A stretch of 64,000 nucleotides of DNA from an uncultured Lachnospiraceae bacterium (GTDB lineage Bacteria > Bacillota > Clostridia > Christensenellales > UBA1242): the NCBI GenBank assembly GCA_964383665.1, contig CAYLHO010000002.1:138306-202305 (forward strand), in the 5' to 3' direction. How positions within the stretch are numbered: the stretch's first letter is position 1; the number at the start of each line of letters is the position of its first letter. Of this stretch, positions 1 to 6,077 are shown piece after piece. The position numbers and the translations under genes were made by a program. The notes beneath the pieces are model-generated. The model ran no database searches and was not told the origin of the DNA. It was given only the letters and a program-made list of their open reading frames with translations.

Positions 1-57
1 GGAGATGATTATTCTTGTAAGAAAGTGGAAATGTACCTTCAAAAACATGGCAAATAA
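1..57 (+). CDS. 3' end of a CDS that begins upstream of the window (product unknown)
   Basis: Frame 1 is open from base 1 to TAA at 55-57 (...GDDYSCKKVEMYLQKHGK*). It is too short to assign a family. Confidence 0.3.
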   Translation, partial: GDDYSCKKVEMYLQKHGK

Positions 58-113
58 ATTTCTCCTTTAATTTTTGCCAAGGAAAGACAGTTTATATGGT
101 TTTAATATGAAAA

Positions 114-142
114 TTGACAAATTAAAGCAGTTTTGATATAAT
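114..142 (+). promoter_or_regulatory. sigma-A-type promoter for the methyltransferase gene
   Basis: TTGACA (114-119), 17-nt spacer, TGa-TATAAT (134-142). It lies about 27 nt upstream of the ATG at 169. Confidence 0.6.
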
Positions 143-168
143 ACAAAATATAGAAAAAGGGAGGAGTT

Positions 169-825
169 ATGATTGAATCAAAATCCTGGAACTGGGATAT
201 AGTTGACAAAAATGATTTCTACTGGAATTCGCCAGCGCCAGAAATTTATTATCTTGCGGAAAACTGGAAATCTAAAAAACTTAACAGAGTTTTAGATATT
301 GGTTGCGGATTTGGAAGAAATGCAATTTTTTTGGCAAAACATGGTTTCACGCTTGACGGGTTCGATTTGTCTAAAACCAGTGTTGAAACAACAATTGAAA
401 AAGCAAAAAATCAAGGAATCGACTTTTCAAACTTCTTTGTTTCGGATATGTTGCATTTGCCATATGAAGACAATACGTTTGATGTTGTTTTAGCTTTTAA
501 TGTTATTTCTCATACCGACAGAGAGGGATTTAAGCAAATTTTAAATGAAATAAAAAGAGTTTTAAAGCCAAACGGGGAAACATATTTTACTCTTGGCTCA
601 AAGGAATCCTTTTGGTTTAGTAATCCTGTTTGCACATATGTTGATGAGAACACAAGAATACGAGTTGAAGATGGTCCAGAGAATGGGATTCCTCATTTCT
701 ATATTGACGATGACGATTGTTTTGAACTTTTTAACGATTTTAAAATAGTAAAGATTAACGAACTTAGAGAACTTACTCAATATGGAAATTTCAGCCCGCA
801 CTATCATGTTTGGCTAAAGAAATAA
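169..825 (+). CDS. class I SAM-dependent methyltransferase (substrate unknown)
   Basis: Complete 218-aa ORF with a GGGAGGAG SD. It has SAM-binding motif I VLDIGCGFGRN followed by the acidic loop GFDLS, as in the Methyltransf_11/25-like Rossmann fold. Confidence 0.85.
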   Translation: MIESKSWNWDIVDKNDFYWNSPAPEIYYLAENWKSKKLNRVLDIGCGFGRNAIFLAKHGFTLDGFDLSKTSVETTIEKAKNQGIDFSNFFVSDMLHLPYEDNTFDVVLAFNVISHTDREGFKQILNEIKRVLKPNGETYFTLGSKESFWFSNPVCTYVDENTRIRVEDGPENGIPHFYIDDDDCFELFNDFKIVKINELRELTQYGNFSPHYHVWLKK

Positions 826-852
826 GTTAAATAAAATGAAAAAAATTAAAAA

Positions 853-877
853 AGCACTTAAAAAAGTGCTTTTTTTT
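853..877 (+). terminator. intrinsic terminator after the methyltransferase gene
   Basis: Stem AGCACTT / AAGTGCT (853-859 / 864-870), loop AAAA, then a T7 run (871-877). Confidence 0.7.
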
Positions 878-980
878 GATTTTAATGCCAAAATTTTTTC
901 ATTGCCTTATCTTTTTTTCTCTTTTGCCTGTCAATTTTTGATTCCCATTGTTTAATTATTTTTTAAGTTTTAGCGGGGAA

Positions 981-1009
981 TTTACATTCTGTTAAAGACA
1001 TGATATAAT
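981..1009 (+). promoter_or_regulatory. orphan consensus-like promoter with no annotated downstream gene
   Basis: TTTACA (981-986), 17-nt spacer, TGa-TATAAT (1001-1009). It points toward the 3' end of the convergent VWA gene. Only an 18-codon ORF (1029-1085) and an A/T-only hairpin follow. Confidence 0.4.
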
Positions 1010-1102
1010 CTTTTTAGAGAAATTGGAAATGACGAACTTGAACAGTGGGTTCACAACAAAACAATTTATTAACTTTTTTGTTTAAAATTTTTGTGGCATG
1101 GG

Positions 1103-2932
1103 TTATTTTTCGAAATCTTGGAAGTTTGTTTTTTGATCATTTTTATTTAAGATTTCGTCGATTGTTACGTTTATAACTTTTCCAACTGCAGGCTTAAATT
1201 CGGTGTTATGATAAACAATCCAAATTATATTTTTATATTGTTTATTGTTTAAATTCATTGTGTCGTAGCCATCGGTAAACACAATTTTGTTGATTTTTGG
1301 GTCTTTAGAAAATTGTTTGGCAGCAAGTTCAAAATCCGTTCCGCCTCTTCCAATAATTTTGAAGTTCTCGATGTCTTTTATGCTTTTAATGTCATTAAAT
1401 CCATAAAATTTTGTGTCGAAACAGCCAACTTTAAGTTTTGATTCTTTTAAAAGCGGTTTAAGTTGCCTTAGGAAACAGATAACAAGAGCATCGCTAACAG
1501 AACCGCTTGTGTCAATTAAAACCTCTGTTTCGGCACGTTCGCTTCTTTCAACATCTTCAATTCTCGATTGGAAGAAATTATCCTCATCGGCGCGTCGAAA
1601 ACTCCAGTTTTCCTCTTCGCTTTCAAGTTCTTTTTTAAGAATTCTGTCCCAGCTTACAACAGGTTTAACATATGTGAGGTCAAAAGTTTTAGTGGAGCTT
1701 GCTGAATCTATTTTAAGTTTTTCTCTAATTTTGTTGCCAAATTTTTCTTTTACTTCTTGATTTTTCTTGCTGAACTCTTCTTCCATCTTTGAGTAGTCAA
1801 CTTTCTCTTGGTTGTTTGAAGGTTTCATTTTTGCGTGGCTATTTTGTTCAATTTTTTCTGCTTTTTTAACAACTTCTTTCCAAATTTTGTGGTTTTGGGT
1901 TGCTTCGCTTTGTTGTTTGGCGCTTGTTGCGCTTCCGTTGTTTACTTCGTTCTGATTTGAGCTTTGATTGTTTTGTTCGTGTTGTTTTGTTTGCTCATTC
2001 TGTTTTTCATTTGAGCCCTGTGCTTTTTGTTGGGTTCCTTGGTTGTTTTGTTGCTTTTGGTTATTTTGACCGCTTTGACCATTTTGATTGTTTTGACTCT
2101 TTTGACCTTGGCCATTTTGTTCTTGCTTGTTTTGTTCTTGCTTGTTTTGTTCTTGCTTGTTTTGTTCTTGCTTGTTTTGTTCTTGAGAATTTTGTTTTTG
2201 ACTGCTTTGGCCTTGTTTATTTTGTCCTTCGGTTTTTTGTTCCCTTCTTTTCTTTAACCAATCCCTTAAGCTTCTTTTCTTTTTCCAGCGTTTCTTTTTC
2301 TTGTCTTTGCTGTTGTTGTTTTGATTTTCGCTTTGCTCTTTTTTGTTTTTGTCTTGATTGGTGTTTTGATTACCATTCTCTTTTTGTTGGTCGTTGCTGT
2401 TTTGACCTTGACTGTCTTTTTTGTTTTCGTCTTGCCCAGAAGAATTGCTGTTGTCTCCGCTTTGTTCTTTGTCTTTGTCTTTGTCTTTGTCTTTGTCTTT
2501 GTCTTTGTCTTTGTCTTTGTCTTGATTTTCTTTTTCTTCAATCAATTTTTTGTATATCGCATCGGCGGATCGTCCCTTTGCTTCTGGCATGTCAATCCAG
2601 TTTTTAATTGAAAGGTTTTGGCTTTTAAGCATTTGATTTATAACCGCGTCGGTTGCAACATTCCAAAGCCAACTGTCTTTGTCTTTGCTTCGGATAATGT
2701 GGTCGAAAGCAACGTGCATAATTTCGTGGGCAAAAACTGCAATTTGTTCGTCATATGTAAGCGAATTCATGAAATTCAGATTGTAATAAACAGCCTTGCC
2801 GTCGGTTTGCGCGGTTGGGGCAGTTGAATCTTCATAAAAATCTAGTTTCGACATTGTAACGCCCAAAAGCGGGAATTTTCTTAAAACCCCGCTTTTTATG
2901 TCTTCAATTAATTTGCTGCTTTCCATGCTCAT
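1103..2932 (-). CDS. putative zinc metallopeptidase (DUF2201_N-like, HExxH) fused to a VWA-like/MIDAS domain through a ~300-aa low-complexity linker
   Basis: 609-aa ORF with a GGAGAAA SD inside the end of the upstream gene (6-nt intergenic gap). N-terminus: FAHEIMHVAFDH...ATDAVINQ (zincin HExxH). C-terminus: LIDTSGSVS ... GRGGTDF ... VFTDGYD, a complete DxSxS..T..D MIDAS. The middle is K/Q/N/E/D/S-rich with (DK)x9 and (QEQNK)x5. Confidence 0.8.
   Translation of the reverse strand: MSMESSKLIEDIKSGVLRKFPLLGVTMSKLDFYEDSTAPTAQTDGKAVYYNLNFMNSLTYDEQIAVFAHEIMHVAFDHIIRSKDKDSWLWNVATDAVINQMLKSQNLSIKNWIDMPEAKGRSADAIYKKLIEEKENQDKDKDKDKDKDKDKDKDKEQSGDNSNSSGQDENKKDSQGQNSNDQQKENGNQNTNQDKNKKEQSENQNNNSKDKKKKRWKKKRSLRDWLKKRREQKTEGQNKQGQSSQKQNSQEQNKQEQNKQEQNKQEQNKQEQNGQGQKSQNNQNGQSGQNNQKQQNNQGTQQKAQGSNEKQNEQTKQHEQNNQSSNQNEVNNGSATSAKQQSEATQNHKIWKEVVKKAEKIEQNSHAKMKPSNNQEKVDYSKMEEEFSKKNQEVKEKFGNKIREKLKIDSASSTKTFDLTYVKPVVSWDRILKKELESEEENWSFRRADEDNFFQSRIEDVERSERAETEVLIDTSGSVSDALVICFLRQLKPLLKESKLKVGCFDTKFYGFNDIKSIKDIENFKIIGRGGTDFELAAKQFSKDPKINKIVFTDGYDTMNLNNKQYKNIIWIVYHNTEFKPAVGKVINVTIDEILNKNDQKTNFQDFEK
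2116..2185. repeat. perfect 15-bp tandem repeat (tttgttcttgcttgt, about 4.7 copies) inside the VWA-peptidase gene
   Basis: Units at 2116, 2131, 2146 and 2161, plus a partial unit at 2176. On the minus strand they encode QEQNK x5. The unit length is divisible by 3. Confidence 0.95.
2468..2521. repeat. perfect 6-bp tandem repeat (gtcttt, about 9 copies) inside the VWA-peptidase gene
   Basis: gtctttgtcttt... run. On the minus strand it encodes (Asp-Lys)x9. Confidence 0.95.
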
Positions 2933-2938
2933 TTTTTG

Positions 2939-3313
2939 CTATTTCTCCGCTTTATAAATTAAACAAAGTGATTGAATTCGCTTCGAAACTTTGTCGATAT
3001 TGCTTGCTGTTAAAATAAATTGCATGTTTTTTGGAAGATTAATTCCATTTATGCTTTTATATTTTAAAAGTCCATAAAATTTTTCTTGCTCTTCTTCGCT
3101 TATTGAATCGATTTTGTCGATAACAAGCATAAATTGCTTTAAACTTTTCGATTTTTCGCTGATTTCCTTAAGCCAAATTGCATTTTCACTTGCAAGATTT
3201 TCGGAAGGGCAAGATGAAGGAAGGACAACTGCAGTTGGAAAATTTTTTGCAGTTAATCCTGTTATAATCATTGGCCATGTTCGGTTGTTATTTAAAACTT
3301 CTAAAATGTCCAT
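2939..3313 (-). CDS. hypothetical 124-aa protein resembling a P-loop-less AAA+ (clamp-loader delta-prime-like) core fragment
   Basis: Its ATG at 3313 overlaps the stop (3301-3303) of the upstream ATPase gene by 13 nt. The stretch FMLVIDKIDSISEEEQEKFYGLLK...MQFILTASN...KRIQSLCLIY resembles Walker B / LLKxLEE / sensor-1 / SRC-like elements of clamp-loader-type AAA+ proteins. No GxxxxGK[ST] motif is present. Confidence 0.55.
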   Translation of the reverse strand: MDILEVLNNNRTWPMIITGLTAKNFPTAVVLPSSCPSENLASENAIWLKEISEKSKSLKQFMLVIDKIDSISEEEQEKFYGLLKYKSINGINLPKNMQFILTASNIDKVSKRIQSLCLIYKAEK

Positions 3314-5811
3314 GATGCACCATTTGCTTTTTTTTGAGTGTTAACATATTTACTGATGTCAATTTCATTAAATTGATAAACAATATCTGTCCAAGAAGCC
3401 TTTGCAATTCGTCCATCGTTTAAACAGCAATATCCGGTTGGGAATTGTGAGGAGTACATAACCTCTTTTGCAAGGCTTTTAAGAAGTAAGTCCTTGCATT
3501 GAGAGCTTGGATGCCCTGAATTGGTGAATGCATCGTTAAGTGCAGAAAGATCATTGCTGTTCTTAAATTCAATTCCAATAGTTTTGTCTTGCCCAAAAAG
3601 CCTTGAACTGTCGTTAATAAATTGATCAAAAGTTAGTTTATATCTAACTTGACGTTGAGGCTTTGCAGGTTCAGGTTGAGGATTTTGAGTTTTAGAATTA
3701 GCTTGCTTTTTTCTTTTAATGTCGTCAAGAGCAATTGCTTTTTCGTTGTCGTTTCCAACCCAAATGCTGTCGAAAGCGGAAAGAATTTCTTCGTCGAGTT
3801 TTTCCGCAATGAAATCTCTAACCTTTTCAATTTGTTGGAAGTTTGCGTGACGAAGCGAAAGAGCAAGTGTGTATTGAACATCAAAGAGAGGTGAAATTTC
3901 GGAATCATCATAGTTGTCGGCTAAAATGTCTTCCATTGTGAGTGGAGGATTTTGAGCGAAACCAACGAATGATTGAGCAATTTTCTCACCAACCTTATTT
4001 GTTATAAGTTCAGCTGCAATAACTCCGTTGTTGTCGTATATTATGTCGGAAATTTGCTCCCAACCGCGAGGGTCAATTGTATATTTTGGTGGCTCTTCTG
4101 GGTCGTAGTTGGAATAGAAAACATCTTTACCATATGTTGCAACAAATGCGGAAACAATTGGGTGGATAACATTTTTTGTTGGGTCGTTTGCTCTTTGTCT
4201 GCTTCCCCATTCAAGCCAGTCCTTGATGTTTAAAGGTAAGTAGATGTGTGCGTCAAATCTTCTGAAAAGTGGCTCTGGCATGTTGTAAGCCGCTTCGCTT
4301 TCGTCTTTGCTGTTTCCCGCTGAAACAACAACAACGTTGTCTGGAAGAACTCCAAGATTTGGACCAATTGATCTGTTTAAAATTAAATCGTAAACCAAAC
4401 TTTGGGTTGTTCCCTTAACATTTGTTATTTCATCAATGAAAAGAACATGATTCTTGTTTGGTTCTTTTTTGCATTTTTCGCATAAATTTGTGTACCAGTT
4501 TGGAGGAACCCAAGTTCCGCCTAATGTTGTTGCGGAGTTAGGGTAGATGTTTTTTCCAAGAACTTCCTCTGGGAGCATTCCATTTCTTAAAACAATTGAT
4601 GTGAAATCTGGGTCGATGTCTCTAATTCTTCTGCTTTTTCCAACACCGCTTGCACCGTGGAGCATGAAAGGCTTGCCTTGATTGATGTAGAATCTGATTT
4701 GATCATCAATTGAAAGCGGAGCTGATTGAACAGTTATTCCATACCCTCTCGATGGTGTCTTTCTTGAATTTTGAATTGTTTTTTTCTTTGTAATTTTTGA
4801 TTGATTTGTTTCTTTCATTTGACTTGCGTCCATAAATGCCTCTCTTATAAAACTTTTATTTGTAAAATCTCCGCCGCCGTCAGTACCATACATCGGATTT
4901 CCATTGCTTTTGATGTTATTAACATTAATTCCGTTGAGATATCCTCTGATTGAGCTGTTTTGCCAAAGGCTGTAATAATCTCCAGAACTAGTAAGATGGA
5001 ATGGAATTGATCCGTGGATAGCATGATCGCTTCGAGCATCAATAAAGTCGTCTTGATTCGTTCCTTTTGGGTTTAATTTTTTTGGCAACCTGTCCCAATT
5101 TAATATTCGCCAAACAATTGGTTCAACTTTAACCCATAAAAATTTTTGACGAGACGTAATCGTTATTCCGTTGCTTAAGTGCATCTCTGAAAAAGAATTG
5201 GTTCTGGTTTTAACCCTAACATATTTTTGACCCTTATAGCTGTATTCGTCGTGATAAATAATTTTTTTTGTGGAGTCAACTCGCCCAATATATTTTTTTC
5301 CTGTTGCAGCAAGCGAGCCGGAAGAGAATAAATTTTCAAGTTCGTTGTTCTTGTCTGCTCCAACAAATGATTGTGGATATTCCCCAAATTCAATTGTGTG
5401 GAGTGTCTGCTTTCTGTATGTAACTGTTGAAAGTTGAAACATTGAGGGGAAGTGCATTTTGTCCGATATAATTTTAGACGCATCAATGTGCATTCTTGGA
5501 ACAATTGAAATGTAATCGAGCAAGGTGTCGCCATAATCTAGTCCGCCGGTCCAGTATATTATGTCAACGCGGTTTGGATCTTGTTCTGCAATTGAACGGA
5601 GCCAATAAGAAGGTCCATTGTCGAATAAATGGTTTAATATTCCATAGTCGGTTGGGTGTGCCTTTTTTATATATTTGTATTTAGACATTTTTTCGATGTC
5701 GTCAAGTGAATCGATAAAAACCAAATCTTCAGTTGTAAAATTTGCGCTTTTATCACCTTGAAGACTTGAGTTTTGAAGTTTAACAGGCTTAAGATATTTA
5801 ACTAGGTCCAT
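3301..5811 (-). CDS. MoxR/AAA_5-like AAA+ ATPase with a ~340-aa N-terminal DUF6273-like domain and a ~130-aa C-terminal extension
   Basis: 836-aa ORF. Walker A LHGASGVGKS, Walker B HVLFIDEITN, sensor-1 VVVVSAGN, and PEPLFRRFD typical of MoxR/AAA_5. The N-terminus carries YWLRS...IVPRMHID and SLWQNSSIRGYLNG...FIREAF motifs. Confidence 0.85.
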   Translation of the reverse strand: MDLVKYLKPVKLQNSSLQGDKSANFTTEDLVFIDSLDDIEKMSKYKYIKKAHPTDYGILNHLFDNGPSYWLRSIAEQDPNRVDIIYWTGGLDYGDTLLDYISIVPRMHIDASKIISDKMHFPSMFQLSTVTYRKQTLHTIEFGEYPQSFVGADKNNELENLFSSGSLAATGKKYIGRVDSTKKIIYHDEYSYKGQKYVRVKTRTNSFSEMHLSNGITITSRQKFLWVKVEPIVWRILNWDRLPKKLNPKGTNQDDFIDARSDHAIHGSIPFHLTSSGDYYSLWQNSSIRGYLNGINVNNIKSNGNPMYGTDGGGDFTNKSFIREAFMDASQMKETNQSKITKKKTIQNSRKTPSRGYGITVQSAPLSIDDQIRFYINQGKPFMLHGASGVGKSRRIRDIDPDFTSIVLRNGMLPEEVLGKNIYPNSATTLGGTWVPPNWYTNLCEKCKKEPNKNHVLFIDEITNVKGTTQSLVYDLILNRSIGPNLGVLPDNVVVVSAGNSKDESEAAYNMPEPLFRRFDAHIYLPLNIKDWLEWGSRQRANDPTKNVIHPIVSAFVATYGKDVFYSNYDPEEPPKYTIDPRGWEQISDIIYDNNGVIAAELITNKVGEKIAQSFVGFAQNPPLTMEDILADNYDDSEISPLFDVQYTLALSLRHANFQQIEKVRDFIAEKLDEEILSAFDSIWVGNDNEKAIALDDIKRKKQANSKTQNPQPEPAKPQRQVRYKLTFDQFINDSSRLFGQDKTIGIEFKNSNDLSALNDAFTNSGHPSSQCKDLLLKSLAKEVMYSSQFPTGYCCLNDGRIAKASWTDIVYQFNEIDISKYVNTQKKANGASWTF

Positions 5812-5831
5812 TTACTATTTTCCTTAATAGA

Positions 5832-5860
5832 CTTATATCACAGAGCAGGGTCAAAGTCAA
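5832..5860 (-). promoter_or_regulatory. promoter of the AAA+/VWA three-gene operon
   Basis: On the minus strand: TTGACT (5860-5855), 17-nt spacer, TGa-TATAAG (5840-5832). It lies about 20 nt upstream of the ATG at 5811 and immediately downstream of the terminator hairpin at 5885-5903. Confidence 0.5.
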
Positions 5861-5879
5861 TAGTCATTTTAAGGGTAAT

Positions 5880-5909
5880 AAAAAACTATCCAAAACGGAT
5901 AGTTTTTTT
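5880..5909. terminator. bidirectional intrinsic terminator hairpin (ends the MacB-like operon on the minus strand)
   Basis: Stem ACTATCC / GGATAGT (5885-5891 / 5897-5903), loop AAAAC, flanked by an A6 run (5880-5885) and a T run (5904-5909). Confidence 0.65.
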
Positions 5910-6077
5910 GCTAGTCCAATCAAATTTTTTGTTTGCACCAAATTCGAAGTTGCACTTCGCAATTCCAAGGTCAATTTTTGTGTAGAGCCCAACTTCTGCT
6001 TTTGCAACAATTTTTTCGCAGTTGCAGATAAACTTAAGTTTTTGCTGATTCAATGCTGTTGGGGCAAGAAGCGCCGC

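Noticed and set aside
2116-2521. Tandem repeats acting as an ON/OFF phase-variation switch for the peptidase-VWA gene.
   Set aside because: Both repeat units (6 bp and 15 bp) are multiples of three. Slippage would change linker length but not the reading frame, so it would give length polymorphism rather than frameshift phase variation.
1900-2611. Several long ORFs in the track on both strands (235 aa, 76 aa and 96 aa on +; 91 aa on -) across the repeat region of the VWA-peptidase gene.
   Set aside because: They are by-products of the low-complexity, stop-poor tandem repeats: poly-Leu/Phe/Cys or poly-Lys/Thr translations. They have no SD and lie entirely inside a well-supported CDS.
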